From an uncultured delta proteobacterium (GTDB lineage: Bacteria; Myxococcota; Myxococcia; SLRQ01), in NCBI GenBank assembly GCA_963727485.1, contig CAVSGM010000004.1:23930-87929 (forward strand): a stretch of DNA of 64,000 nucleotides, written 5' to 3'. The position numbers and the translations under genes are program-made. The notes below the pieces were generated by a model. It saw only the letters and a list, made by a program, of their open reading frames with translations. It was not told the origin of the DNA and made no database searches. The first letter of the stretch is position 1. Every line of letters starts with the position of its first letter. Positions 10,382-20,787 of the stretch are shown in pieces.

Positions 10382-11146
10382 ATGCGCAAGCGAATCGTGG
10401 TGTGGGGGCTGGTGTGCCTGGGGCTGGTGGCGTGGGCGGTGCCCGCCGTGGCGGCCGACGCGGGAACCGTCGACGTGGTGTACCTGAAGAACGGGAGCCA
10501 GATTCGCGGGTCCATCGTCGAGGAGGTCCCGGGCAAGCAGATCAAGATCCGCACCGCCGACGGCAGCCTCTTCGTCTACGACATGGCCCAGGTGGTCCGC
10601 ATCACCCGGCGCGAGGCGCCGGCCCCGGCCCCGTCGGGTACCTCGGTCGCCCCCGGCGCCGCCGCGCCCGCAGCCGGCGGCCACCCGCTGCCGGCGATCG
10701 ATCTCGTCATCAATCCCCTCGGCCTGCTGCAGTTCGGGCCCATCGTCGACCTCGAGCTGCGGGCCACGCCGGGGCTCTACCTCCTCCTCCACCTCCGGTT
10801 CCACGGCCTCGGGGTGATCTCCCACGTCATGGAGTCCTACACCCTCTCGATCCCGAGCTTCGCCGGCGGGACCGGGCTGCGGTACTTCTTCACGCCCCGG
10901 ACCGGGAGCACCGGCTACCTCGGCTTCGTCGTCGAGGTCGGCCACAACTGGTTCACCGAGGGCTACGAGAACACCTACATCACCTTCGTGGCCAACGGCG
11001 GCTACCGGTGGACCTTCGGGAGCACCATGATGAACCTCGGTGCCTACCTCGGCGCCGCCCAGACCGTGGCCAACGACCTGCCCGACGCCCTCTTCCCGCT
11101 GACCCCGGTGGCGATGCTCGAGCTGTCGTTTGCCTGGGGGCTCTGA
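10382..11146 (+). CDS. secreted protein, probable small outer-membrane beta-barrel with N-terminal beta domain
   Basis: Signal peptide (AVA-A), DVVYLKNGS..RG.I domain, alternating aromatic strands, terminal FAWGL. Confidence 0.65.
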   Translation: MRKRIVVWGLVCLGLVAWAVPAVAADAGTVDVVYLKNGSQIRGSIVEEVPGKQIKIRTADGSLFVYDMAQVVRITRREAPAPAPSGTSVAPGAAAPAAGGHPLPAIDLVINPLGLLQFGPIVDLELRATPGLYLLLHLRFHGLGVISHVMESYTLSIPSFAGGTGLRYFFTPRTGSTGYLGFVVEVGHNWFTEGYENTYITFVANGGYRWTFGSTMMNLGAYLGAAQTVANDLPDALFPLTPVAMLELSFAWGL

Positions 11147-11152
11147 CCGTGC

Positions 11153-11791
11153 CTAGTGCCCGGTCCCGGGTGCGGGCCCCGTCGCGGGTCCCGAGCCCGT
11201 TGCGGGCGCGACCTCCAGGTCGAGCCGTTGCCGGATGTGGAGCCGCGACTGGAGCGCCGCGTCGTAGTTCTCGAAGGCCTGGCGGAGGGCGCTGCTCGCC
11301 GCCGGCCAGAACCCGAGCCGTGCCACCAGGTCGGTCACCAGCCCCACCACCAGCATGCTCGCGCCCACCGAGAGCACCGTGAGGCCGGGCTTCGTGGGCA
11401 GCCGGAGCGCCTCCACCATGGTGACCACACCGCCGAGCTCGAGGGGCAGGCCCACCCACTCCAGCGTGTGCTCGACGCGCTCCGCGCGCTGGTAGCGCCC
11501 GAGGGCCAGGGCACAGGCCGAGCCCGGCGGCACCACCGGGAGCAGGTCCTCTCCGTGGTCGACCCACTGGCCGTCGGCGAGCTGCATCGAGCCGAAGCCC
11601 GAGAAGGTGAGGCACCCGTTCCCGGGGTTCACCATGGTGGTGGCCCGCTTCGGCCGCAGGGCCGCGTAGGCCCGCTGCCGCGCCGCCAGAGGCGCGGTCG
11701 GCGGCGGCGCCCGAAGCTGGACGTGGGCCGCACAGGCGCTCGCGGCCAGGAGCGGCAGGAGCCAGAGGCCGAGCCAGGAACGCGTCCCCAT
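11153..11791 (-). CDS. putative lipoprotein with C-terminal hydrophobic hairpin (paralog 1)
   Basis: MGTRSWLGLWLLPLLAASAC lipobox-like; colinear similarity with the neighbouring gene. Confidence 0.65.
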   Translation of the reverse strand: MGTRSWLGLWLLPLLAASACAAHVQLRAPPPTAPLAARQRAYAALRPKRATTMVNPGNGCLTFSGFGSMQLADGQWVDHGEDLLPVVPPGSACALALGRYQRAERVEHTLEWVGLPLELGGVVTMVEALRLPTKPGLTVLSVGASMLVVGLVTDLVARLGFWPAASSALRQAFENYDAALQSRLHIRQRLDLEVAPATGSGPATGPAPGTGH

Positions 11792-11792
11792 C

Positions 11793-12455
11793 TCACTGCC
11801 CTCCGGCGGAGCCGCCGGCCGGCGCGTCCACGGTCCGCACGTGGACCCGCAAGCCCAGCCGCGCCTGGAGCCCCTTGTCGTAGGCCTCGAAGGCCCGGCG
11901 GGTCTGGTCCCGGGTGATGGGACCGAGGATCCAGCTGCCCACCGCGGAGAGGACGATCCCGACCCCAATCAGGACTCCGCCCAGGCTCACCGCGGGGGAC
12001 AGGCTGCCGTCACCGGTGCCCGTGGCGGCTGCATGGAAGGACGACAGGGCCCCGGCGGTGGCCGTGGCCAGGCCCACCAGGAAGAGCGGCACCCCGACGA
12101 GATAGAGTGTGTGCTGGACCCGAGCGGTGTGCAGGTAGGCCCGGGCGGCGCCGGCACAGGCCGACTTCGGCGCCACCACGGGGAGCAGGTCGTCTGGGTA
12201 GGAGATCGACTGGCCGTCGGCGAGGTGCAGCTGCTGGGCGAAGGGGCCGTAGGTCCCGCCCTGGTCGCTGATGAGCTCGGCCGTGAGCGAGACCGGTCGG
12301 AGGGCCCGGTACGCCTTGGCCCGCGCCGGTAGGGGCGCGGTGGCCGGCGGCGCGGTGAGGTTCACGTGGCCGAAGCAGCCACTCCCCGTGACCACCACGG
12401 CGAGGAGCAGGACCCATCGGCCCCCCGACCCTCGTCCCCAGCCACCTCCGCCCAT
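11793..12455 (-). CDS. putative lipoprotein with C-terminal hydrophobic hairpin (paralog 2)
   Basis: VLLLAVVVTGSGC lipobox-like; shared HV.L.APP.TAPL.AR..AY.ALRP and DLLPVV motifs. Confidence 0.65.
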   Translation of the reverse strand: MGGGGWGRGSGGRWVLLLAVVVTGSGCFGHVNLTAPPATAPLPARAKAYRALRPVSLTAELISDQGGTYGPFAQQLHLADGQSISYPDDLLPVVAPKSACAGAARAYLHTARVQHTLYLVGVPLFLVGLATATAGALSSFHAAATGTGDGSLSPAVSLGGVLIGVGIVLSAVGSWILGPITRDQTRRAFEAYDKGLQARLGLRVHVRTVDAPAGGSAGGQ

Positions 12456-12548
12456 CTCCAGCCTCCCGGTTGGTGCAACTCCCTCAGGTATCATGCCCAA
12501 GTAGATGCACGGAGGTCAAACCGGTGACGACGGGCGGCCGATCCGGGG

Positions 12549-12914
12549 TCACGCCTCCCGGCGGGTCCCGGTCACCGCGGTGACCGCGAGCACCGCCAGC
12601 ACCAGCACCCCGGCGAAGACCGCGACGATGCCCCAGGCGCCCTGCCCGGCGAAGTACCCGGGGCTGTTGATGCCGCTGTACACCAGCATCCCCGCGCCCA
12701 GGTAGAACAGCGGGATCGCCCAGCGCCGGCGCCCGAAGAGCCCCACCCCGGAGACGATGAGGGTCACCGCCATGATCCCCTCCGCGGCGAGGTGGAAGGC
12801 GATGGCCAGCGGCGCGGTCTTCAGCTCGGGCACCCCGCCGGAGATGAGCGAGTTGAGCCACATGCCGATGACCGCGACGCCGAGGAGCAGGGCGAGCCAG
12901 GCGGTGAAGCGCAT
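12549..12914 (-). CDS. small 4-TM membrane protein
   Basis: ATG at 12914 overlapping upstream stop; MRFTAWLALLLG...FHLAAE; four hydrophobic segments. Confidence 0.7.
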   Translation of the reverse strand: MRFTAWLALLLGVAVIGMWLNSLISGGVPELKTAPLAIAFHLAAEGIMAVTLIVSGVGLFGRRRWAIPLFYLGAGMLVYSGINSPGYFAGQGAWGIVAVFAGVLVLAVLAVTAVTGTRREA

Positions 12915-14086
12915 CAGAGCCTCCATTCCATGCCGAAGGTGAGGGCCGGGCCGCCGACCACCTCGCCGTTCGGCCCGTCGAAGAGCGACGCGTACCCGAG
13001 GCCCGCGGAGAGCACGAGGGTGCCCCGGGCCCCGACGCCGCCGAGGTAGGTCCGCATCCCCAGGTCGCCGGCGAACCAGCCCGACTCGCCGGCGCCGACC
13101 CGGGCCCAGAGGGTCAGGGTGCGGGTGAGGGGGACGGCGAGCTCCCCCTGGCCGAGGCCGAAGACGAAGCGGTCGGACTGGGAGAGCACGCTGGAGCGCC
13201 AGGTGAACGAGAGCCCGTCCACCGCCCCGAGGCGCAGGGTCTGGTTGATCGTGGGGCCGGTGTTCTGCTCGCAGCTCGCCGCGCCACCGGCCGGGGGCAC
13301 GAAGCACGGTCCCGCGACGCCCCACATCAGGCCCCCGCCGACGCCGACCGCCAGGAAGTTCGTCTCCAGGGCCACCGTCACCGCCGCCTCCCCGGGGCGG
13401 TGGCGGTCGTTGCCCCCGAAGCCGAAGCCCGCCGGCCCCGCCGTCACCCGCACCGAGAGGGGCAGGCGCGGGGCGTACCAGACGCCGGAGAGGTCCACGA
13501 CGAAGCCGGCGGACTTGGTCGCCGGGCTCCCCGAGCCGGTGTCCACCCCGATGAACGGGCGCACCACGAAGCCCAGCTGCCAGGTGAACGGACCCCGCTC
13601 GGGGAAGAGGAGGTGCTCGGTGACCGGCAGCGCCGTGAGCTCGGCGGTGTCGCCGGGTGCGGCGAAGTCGCCGCGGCCCAGGACCGCCATCGAGCGCTTG
13701 GCGTCCGCCTCCTCGATGCGCACCACCGCCGTGACCTCACCGCTCGGGACCTGGTGAAGGCCACCGTTGGCGAGGTCCGGGCGCGAGACCAGGCGCGCCG
13801 CGCGGATGCGCACCCGGGCGCCGGCGACGAAGCCCGCGTCGGTGCCGGCGTCGAGGACGACCCGCCCGGCGACGACGGCGACCACGTGGGCCAGGCGCGC
13901 GGCGGCCTTCGGAGCCGCCTTCGGGGCGGCCTTCGGGGCGCGCTCGGGCGCCGGGGCCGGCGCCGCCGCTTCGCCGGTCCCGGACCCTCCTGCCGCCCGA
14001 GCCACGCCGGTTCGTCCAGCCGCGACCAGCACCACGGCCGCGCCCAGGCCCACCAGGCGCCTCCGGCCTCCAAACCGAACGTGCAT
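12914..14086 (-). CDS. secreted hypothetical protein, probable C-terminal beta-barrel
   Basis: Signal peptide, Pro/Ala/Lys linker, amphipathic strands, terminal FGMEWRL. Confidence 0.6.
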   Translation of the reverse strand: MHVRFGGRRRLVGLGAAVVLVAAGRTGVARAAGGSGTGEAAAPAPAPERAPKAAPKAAPKAAARLAHVVAVVAGRVVLDAGTDAGFVAGARVRIRAARLVSRPDLANGGLHQVPSGEVTAVVRIEEADAKRSMAVLGRGDFAAPGDTAELTALPVTEHLLFPERGPFTWQLGFVVRPFIGVDTGSGSPATKSAGFVVDLSGVWYAPRLPLSVRVTAGPAGFGFGGNDRHRPGEAAVTVALETNFLAVGVGGGLMWGVAGPCFVPPAGGAASCEQNTGPTINQTLRLGAVDGLSFTWRSSVLSQSDRFVFGLGQGELAVPLTRTLTLWARVGAGESGWFAGDLGMRTYLGGVGARGTLVLSAGLGYASLFDGPNGEVVGGPALTFGMEWRL

Positions 14087-14261
14087 CGACGGGATCCCCC
14101 AGTGGGAACCATAGGCATTCCCGCAGGGAAAACGCGCCCGACGTCCCGGGGACTTCTCCTGCCGGCGCCAGGCGGCCGGGCCCCGCCGGCGGCCCGAGAG
14201 CCCCGCGCCCGGGCCGCCCCCCTCGTCCCTGCGCCCTCGCCTTGCTATCTTCCCGCCGCCC

Positions 14262-15869
14262 GTGAACCAGCTCTACGTCTACAGCCTGGTGCCGGTGGTC
14301 TCCGTCGGCCTGCTCCTCTTCTTCAGCGCCGCCCTCCACGGGCGCAACGCCCGGGGGCTGGCGGCGTACTGCTTCGCGGTGGCCTTCTGGTCGGGGACCC
14401 TGCTCCTCGCCTTCTTCCCCTACACCGCGGGGATCGGCCAGCGCCTCGCCGCCAGCGGTGGCTTCGTCGCCGCCGCCTACCTCCACGCCGCCTACGACTT
14501 CACCGACCAGCGCCGCTTCCCCATGGTCTGGCTCGCCTACGCGGTGGCGTTCGCCATCTGGGCGGTGCAGATCTTCCAGCCCGGGCTCCTCTACGACCCG
14601 GTGCACCTCACCGCCGGGCCGGTGTTCTGGCCGGTGATGGCCCTGGCGCTGGTGGCGGCCACGTTGCCCCTGTGGCAGCTCGCCCGGGCCTACCAGCGCG
14701 CGGGCCCCGACCGGCGGCCCCAGCTGGTGGGCCTCTTCCTCGCCGGGGCGCTCGGCTACGCCGGCGCCTGGATCAACACCTTCCTGCTCACCCACGGGCG
14801 GGTGCTCCCGGTGGGCATGTTCATCGAGCTGGGGTCGCTCTTCGTCCTCGCCCACGTGGTGCGGCGGCAGCAGGCCCCGGGGGTGCGGCGGCTCCTGGAG
14901 CGGAGCCTGCTCTACTCGGGGATCGCGGCGTTCCTCTCGGCGGGCTTCCTCTTCGGCGTCCTCCACCTCATGGGCGGGCGGCCCATGGTCACCGAGTACC
15001 GGCTCTCGGTGTTCTTCCTCCTGGTGATGGCCGCGCTCGCCTTCGAGCCCCTGCGCCAGCAGATCCAGGAGTTCGTGGGCAAGCGGCTGCTCAAGAGCGC
15101 CGCCCACGCCACCGACCTCGCCGAGGCCCTGGCCGACCGGGAGACCCGCCTGCGCCAGGCCGAGCGCCTCGCCGAGCTCGGGGCCTTCGCCTCGGCGGTG
15201 GCCCACGAGGTGCGAAACCCCCTGGGCGTCCTCGGGGCCCACCTGCGCCTCGCCGAGCGCGTGGGCACCCTGACCCCCGAGACCGCCAGCAGCATGCGCG
15301 AGCAGATCACCCGCGCCGAGCACTTCGTGGGCGCGCTGCTGCGCTACGGCCGGCCGGCGCCCCTCGAGCTGCGCACCCTGGACCTCCGGGCCCTGGCGGA
15401 GCTCGCCTTCTCCACCGCCCGCCAGGGGCGGCAGGGCCTCCCCGAGGTCGCCCTCGACACCGCGGGCCTCCCCGAGGAGCTGCCCCTGGAGGCCGATCAG
15501 GCCCAGCTCCTCCAGGCCCTCGTCGCCCTCTTCGACAACGCGCTGCTGGCCCTCGAGCACGCCGCGCCCCGCCGGGTCCGGGTCACAGGTGGGCTCGAGG
15601 GCGGCCGGGTGCGGCTGGTGGTCGAGGACACCGGCCCGGGCATCCCCCCGGAGCTGGCGAGCCGCCTCTTCCAGCCCTTCGTCACCGGACGCAAGCGCGA
15701 GGGCCCCCGACCCGGCACCGGGCTGGGCCTCGCCATCGTCCGGGGCATCGTCGACCGCCACCAGGGGACCCTCCTCGCCGGCCGCTCCGACGACCTGGGC
15801 GGCGCCCGCTTCGAGCTCACCCTGCCACGGGTCCAGCCCGTCCTCGCCGCCGCCGCGGAGGCCTCGTGA
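14262..15869 (+). CDS. multi-TM sensor histidine kinase
   Basis: Multiple N-terminal TM helices; VAHEVRNPL H-box; DTGPGI, FQPF, GTGLGL. Confidence 0.9.
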   Translation: MNQLYVYSLVPVVSVGLLLFFSAALHGRNARGLAAYCFAVAFWSGTLLLAFFPYTAGIGQRLAASGGFVAAAYLHAAYDFTDQRRFPMVWLAYAVAFAIWAVQIFQPGLLYDPVHLTAGPVFWPVMALALVAATLPLWQLARAYQRAGPDRRPQLVGLFLAGALGYAGAWINTFLLTHGRVLPVGMFIELGSLFVLAHVVRRQQAPGVRRLLERSLLYSGIAAFLSAGFLFGVLHLMGGRPMVTEYRLSVFFLLVMAALAFEPLRQQIQEFVGKRLLKSAAHATDLAEALADRETRLRQAERLAELGAFASAVAHEVRNPLGVLGAHLRLAERVGTLTPETASSMREQITRAEHFVGALLRYGRPAPLELRTLDLRALAELAFSTARQGRQGLPEVALDTAGLPEELPLEADQAQLLQALVALFDNALLALEHAAPRRVRVTGGLEGGRVRLVVEDTGPGIPPELASRLFQPFVTGRKREGPRPGTGLGLAIVRGIVDRHQGTLLAGRSDDLGGARFELTLPRVQPVLAAAAEAS

Positions 15870-17269
15870 CCGCACCCCGAAAGGCCCCCGCCGACGCCCC
15901 CCCCGCCCCCCGCGGCGCCCTGCTCCTGGTCGAGGACGACGCGGCCTTCCGCAAGGTCTACAAGGGCGTCCTCGAGGCCGCCGGCTACACCGTCACCGAG
16001 GCCGACGACCGTCCCAGCGCCCGGCGCATCTTCGCCGCCGAGGGCCCGCCGGTGGTGATCCTCGACCTCATGCTCCCCCCCGACGGCACCGCCGAGGCGG
16101 GCCTCACCCAGCTCTCCGAGCTCCTCGCCAGCCGCCCGGGGACCAAGGTGGTGGTCGCCTCCGGCGCCGGCGACGTCCAGTACATGCTCCGGGCGGTGAA
16201 GGCCGGCGCCTACGACTTCCTCACCAAACCGGTGGACCCCGACGTCCTGCTCATCGTGGTGGAGCGGGCCCTGGCCCGCCACGCCCTCGAGCGCCAGGTC
16301 GAGGCCCTCCAGTCGTCGCTCGCGAAGGCCCGCCCCGACGGGGCCATGATCGGCCAGAGCCCGTCGTTCCAGGGCGCCGTGCGCCTCGCCGAGCGCGTGG
16401 CCCCCACCGACCTCCCGGTGCTGGTCACCGGCGAGAACGGCACCGGCAAGGAGCTTCTGGCCCGCACCGTCCACCAGCGCAGCACCCGCCACGCCGGCCC
16501 GCTGGTCACCGTGAACTGCGGCGCCATCCCCGAGCACCTCCTGGAGTCGACCCTCTTCGGCCACGCCCGGGGCGCCTTCACCGGCGCCATCAAGGATCGG
16601 CGGGGGCTCTTCCTCGAGGCCGACGGCGGGACCCTCTTCCTCGACGAGATCGGCGACATGCCCGTGGCCCTCCAGGTGAAGGTGCTCAGGGCCCTCGAGT
16701 CCGGGGAGATCCTCCCGGTGGGCGTGGACCGGCCACTGACCGTCGACGTGCGCCTCATCTCCGCCACCAACCGGGACCTGGTGAAGCTCCAGGCCGAGGG
16801 CGCCTTCCGCGAGGACCTCTACTGGCGCATCCGCGGCGCCGAGGTCCACCTCCCGGCGCTGCGGGAGCGCCCGGGGGACGTGGCGCTTCTGGCGACCCAC
16901 TTCCTCAACCAGTGCGCCTCCCTGGCCGTCGACGGCCGCCCCCGGACCCTCTCGCCCGGGGCCCGGGAGGCGCTGCTCGCCCACGGGTTCCCCGGGAACC
17001 TCCGGGAGCTGCGCTTCGAGATGCAGCGGGCCACCGTCCTCGCCGGCGAGCGCTCCGAGATCCTCCCCGAGGACCTCTCCTTCGCCGCCGCCCGGGACAA
17101 CCCCGGCCGGGCACCCCTGACCCTCGCCGACCGGATCGAGGCCCTGGAGCGCCGGGAGATCGAGGCGGCGCTCACGGCCACCGACCGCAACCGGACCCAC
17201 GCCGCCGAGCGCCTCGGCCTCTCGCGCCAGGGGCTGCTCAAGAAGATGGCGCGGTACGGGCTGGACTGA
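15866..17269 (+). CDS. sigma54-dependent response regulator (NtrC-like enhancer-binding protein)
   Basis: GTG overlapping upstream TGA; receiver (VEDD, LDLMLP, TKP), GENGTGKE, GAFTGA, FLDEIGD, C-terminal Fis-type HTH. Confidence 0.92.
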   Translation: MTAPRKAPADAPPAPRGALLLVEDDAAFRKVYKGVLEAAGYTVTEADDRPSARRIFAAEGPPVVILDLMLPPDGTAEAGLTQLSELLASRPGTKVVVASGAGDVQYMLRAVKAGAYDFLTKPVDPDVLLIVVERALARHALERQVEALQSSLAKARPDGAMIGQSPSFQGAVRLAERVAPTDLPVLVTGENGTGKELLARTVHQRSTRHAGPLVTVNCGAIPEHLLESTLFGHARGAFTGAIKDRRGLFLEADGGTLFLDEIGDMPVALQVKVLRALESGEILPVGVDRPLTVDVRLISATNRDLVKLQAEGAFREDLYWRIRGAEVHLPALRERPGDVALLATHFLNQCASLAVDGRPRTLSPGAREALLAHGFPGNLRELRFEMQRATVLAGERSEILPEDLSFAAARDNPGRAPLTLADRIEALERREIEAALTATDRNRTHAAERLGLSRQGLLKKMARYGLD

Positions 17270-17347
17270 AGATCAGGTCGCCGGGGCGAGACGAACCCCC
17301 GCCGATTCGCTAGGGTGCCCCGCTTTCCCGCTCCCCGGGGGTCCCCC

Positions 17348-18332
17348 ATGCGCCGCCTCGCCCTGCCCGCCGTCCTCGCCAGCGCCGTCCTCGCGGCCGC
17401 CCTCCTCGCCGCCTGCGGCCAGGACAGCCTGAACAAGCTGCCCAACCAGCCGCCGGTGGCCCGCCCGGGGGCCGACGTGGCCGCGACCACCGGCGACCCC
17501 GTGGCCTTCGACGGCTCGAAGAGCACCGACCCGGACGGGACCATCGTGAGCTACGCCTGGGACTTCGGTGACGGCACCACCTCCAAGGGCGCCCAGGTCT
17601 CCCACGGGTTCACCGGCGCCGGGACCTACACCGTGGCCCTGACCGTCACCGACGACCGGGGCGCCACCGGCCGCGCCACCCTCACCGCCACCGTCACCGA
17701 CGCGCCGCCGCCCCCGCCGCCCCCGCCGGCGAACCAGCCCCCGGTCGCGGTCCTCACCGGCCCCACCACCGGCTTCACCGGCGACGTCCTCACCTTCGAC
17801 GGCACCGGCTCCCACGACCCCGACGGCCAGGTGGTCGCCTGGGCGCTGGACTTCGGCGACGGGAGCACCGGCACCGGGGCCACCGCCACCCACGCCTTCG
17901 CCGCCCCGGGCACCTTCACCGTGACCCTCACCGTCACCGACGACGCGGGCGCCACCGGGAAGGCCACCCTCGACGTCGCCATCGCCGACCCGCCGCCCAC
18001 GGACTACTCGGGCACCTGGACCTGGAGCCTCGTCGACCCCTCCCAGGCGAACCTCGGCTGGGCCTGCGGCACCTGGCAGAGCTCGACCCTGCTCATCACC
18101 GCCGCCGCCCCGAACATCAGCATCACCGAGCAGGCCGGCGGCCAGAACCAGGGCACCTACCAGGGCACCCTCACCGGCGCCGACTTCGACGTGACCAACA
18201 CCCAGCTCACGGTGACCCAGAAGATCGTCGGGACCTTCACCTCAGCCGACGACCTTCACCGGGGTCTACAAGATCGACCCGGGCCTGGGCACCCCCTGCG
18301 CCGACCGGCAGGTCACCGGGCAGAAGCAGTAG
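17348..18332 (+). CDS. PKD-domain lipoprotein (two PKD domains); apparent 1-nt frameshift near 18245
   Basis: LLAAC lipobox; two NQPPVA...FDG..S.DPDG..WDFGDG..GTYTV.LTVTDD repeats; shifted frame gives a GC3-rich tail ending TAG at 18330-18332. Confidence 0.8.
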
Positions 18333-19032
18333 GCTCGGCGGCCCGGGTGGGCCAGGCGTGCTGCTTCTCCAGGCTCTCGCAGGTGCTCCCGTCGGGGACC
18401 CTCGCGTAGGCGAAGGTGCCGTGGGCCTGGTCGTCCTCGTCGTTGGACATGAGGGTGAGGCACTTGTTGGAGGCGCCGAGGGTCTTCTGCGCCACCCGGA
18501 CGCGGATCTGGCCCACCCACATGTCGTCGGTGTGCCTGGCCCGGGCCTGGGAGGTGCTCTGGCTGGCCACGTAGACCTGGCCCGAGCACAGGGGCGCCCC
18601 GATGTCGAGGGTGATCCCCGGGTGCCCGTCGCCGTCGAGGTCCTCCTTGCCCCAGCCGGAGGTCCAGGGGGTGGCGTACCAGTAGCCGTCGGGCGCCTGG
18701 TTCAAGGTGACGTCGGTGGAGGGGAGCTTCTGCACCGTCCCCTTGGGGAAGCGCACCGAGACCCCGAGGGTGGGCTTGATGGTGGTCTTGCACACCCGCT
18801 GCTCGAGCACCCACTCGGCGCCCTGCTTCTTGAAGGTGGCGATGAAGTAGGTGTCGGTGCGGGTCTTCACCTCGCCGATGATGGGCACCTGCTTCTGCCC
18901 CACCAGCACCTGGTGCCCCGCCCAGAGATGCTTGGTCCCCAGGCCCCTGTTCGCCGGCGCGTCGGACGCACCCAACCCCAGGAGGGCGAGGAGCGCGACC
19001 AGCCCCGGCAGCCGTCGTGTCAGCTGTCCCAT
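18313..19032 (-). CDS. secreted hypothetical protein
   Basis: N-terminal signal peptide; DLDGDGHPG Ca-loop-like motif; four Cys. Confidence 0.7.
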   Translation of the reverse strand: MGQLTRRLPGLVALLALLGLGASDAPANRGLGTKHLWAGHQVLVGQKQVPIIGEVKTRTDTYFIATFKKQGAEWVLEQRVCKTTIKPTLGVSVRFPKGTVQKLPSTDVTLNQAPDGYWYATPWTSGWGKEDLDGDGHPGITLDIGAPLCSGQVYVASQSTSQARARHTDDMWVGQIRVRVAQKTLGASNKCLTLMSNDEDDQAHGTFAYARVPDGSTCESLEKQHAWPTRAAEPTASAR

Positions 19033-19086
19033 GGTCGAAGCACTAGGTTAGTGCAGGATGGTGACCGGCGCGAATCGCGCCGGTGA

Positions 19087-20787
19087 TCAGTCCCGGGAGA
19101 CGGCCAGGAGCACCCGCTCCCGGCGGGCCCGGAGGCGCGCCTCGGCCGCTGGGAGCAGGGCCCGGTAGACGCCCCAGGCCACCGCCGCACACCCGGCGAG
19201 GAGCGCCACGGTGACCGGCCCCGGCGCCCCCCGGTGGACCAGCAGCCAGGAGAAGGGCGCCGAGCCCACCGAGGCCGCGGCGATCCCGCAGAGGATCGCC
19301 ACCCGGGGCTGGCGGTCCCGGCGCTCGAGGCTGGCGTGGAAGCGCACCGGCCAGGTGGTGGACACGAAGTTCCCCACCGTGAGGAGCACCGGCAGGAGCA
19401 CCGCCACCGCCATCAGGCCCGCGGCCACGTCCCAGACGCCGCCGTGGCCGAAGTAGAGGACGTAGTAGGCCGCCAGCGTGGTGGCCAAGAGCGCCGCCGC
19501 CGCGCCGTGGACCAGGTTCTTGGCGCGCATCGCCACCGCCAGGTCCGTGGGCGAGGCGAGGATGGTGGCCAGGCCCCGGCCGTCGTAGCCGAAGAGGTTC
19601 TGGGCGAAGCCCACCCCGAAGACCACCACCCCGTAGAGGCACAGCCCCCCGAGGAGCCAGGCGTCGGTGGCCGGCCCGGCGAGGTAGCGGACCAGGCCCC
19701 GGGCCGAGAAGAGGTGGAGGGCCACCGAGAGGACGAAGGGCACGAAGAAGAGCAGGCGCGCCCGGGGGTTGCGGAACAGGTCGTAGGCCTCGCGGACCGC
19801 CAGCGTGGTCAGCGCCGAGCGGGTGGTGGCGAAGGGGTTGCGGGCCCGCTGCTGGCGGCCGGCGGCGCCCGAGGTTCGGGGCACCTGGTGGAAGCGCAGG
19901 AGCAGGCGCCAGGCGGCGTAGAGCCCCACCGCGGCAAACCACGCCAGCCCCGCCGCCTCGACCAGCGGCCCCAGGACGCGACCGCCTGCAAGCTCGAGGA
20001 GGCCCTCGCCGAGGTAGCCGGTGGGCACCCGGGACAGGCCCTGGGCCGCCTGGACCACGAAGGCCGGCGCCATCCCCGCGCCCCCGCCGGCGGCGATGAG
20101 CCACGAGAGGTCCACCGGGGGGATGAAGAACGACGCCACCAGGACCACCCCGAAGAAGCCGCCGATGGTCTGGGCGCTGCGGCGGCGGCGCAGCACCCCG
20201 AGGATGAGGTGGAGGCCGGTGCGGCTCCAGGCGGCGCAGTTCGCCAGGAAGAGCAGGTAGAGCGCCATCGCCGGGAGCACCGGGATGGTCCGGTGGGCCC
20301 GAAGCAGGCCCAGGGTGGCCCCGAGCATCGGCGCCTGGATCACCAGCGCCAGGGGCTCCAGGACGCTCGCGGCGGTGGAGGCCACCAGGAGGCGCAGCGG
20401 CGTGACCGGCCAGAGCACGTAGCGGGCCACCTCGCTGTGGTCGTCGACGCCGGCGGAGAGGATGGGCCAGGCGAGGAACACGCAGCCCACCACGAAGGCC
20501 ATCAGGTCGTAGAGCAGCCGGGTGAACAGCAGCGAGCGGGCCACCGCCGGCCAGGTCATCAGCAGCCAGCCCCCGGCGAAGAGGGGCGCCCCCGGGGCCG
20601 CGGCCAGCGCGAAGGAGACCACCGCCAGGCCCCGGCGCCGGCCCCCGGCGTTCGCGGCCATGGCCAGGCGCAGGCGCCAGAGGAGGAGCACGTGGGTGAG
20701 GAAGCCGGGGATGCGCCAATCGCGATCCCGCCGGTCGCGATCCCGCCCGGGGCCGAGGGCCCCCGCCCCGCCGGCCGCCGCGCTCAA
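19087..20787 (-). CDS. ABC exporter permease
   Basis: More than ten TM segments; translationally coupled to ABC ATPase. Confidence 0.75.
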   Translation of the reverse strand: MSAAAGGAGALGPGRDRDRRDRDWRIPGFLTHVLLLWRLRLAMAANAGGRRRGLAVVSFALAAAPGAPLFAGGWLLMTWPAVARSLLFTRLLYDLMAFVVGCVFLAWPILSAGVDDHSEVARYVLWPVTPLRLLVASTAASVLEPLALVIQAPMLGATLGLLRAHRTIPVLPAMALYLLFLANCAAWSRTGLHLILGVLRRRRSAQTIGGFFGVVLVASFFIPPVDLSWLIAAGGGAGMAPAFVVQAAQGLSRVPTGYLGEGLLELAGGRVLGPLVEAAGLAWFAAVGLYAAWRLLLRFHQVPRTSGAAGRQQRARNPFATTRSALTTLAVREAYDLFRNPRARLLFFVPFVLSVALHLFSARGLVRYLAGPATDAWLLGGLCLYGVVVFGVGFAQNLFGYDGRGLATILASPTDLAVAMRAKNLVHGAAAALLATTLAAYYVLYFGHGGVWDVAAGLMAVAVLLPVLLTVGNFVSTTWPVRFHASLERRDRQPRVAILCGIAAASVGSAPFSWLLVHRGAPGPVTVALLAGCAAVAWGVYRALLPAAEARLRARRERVLLAVSRD

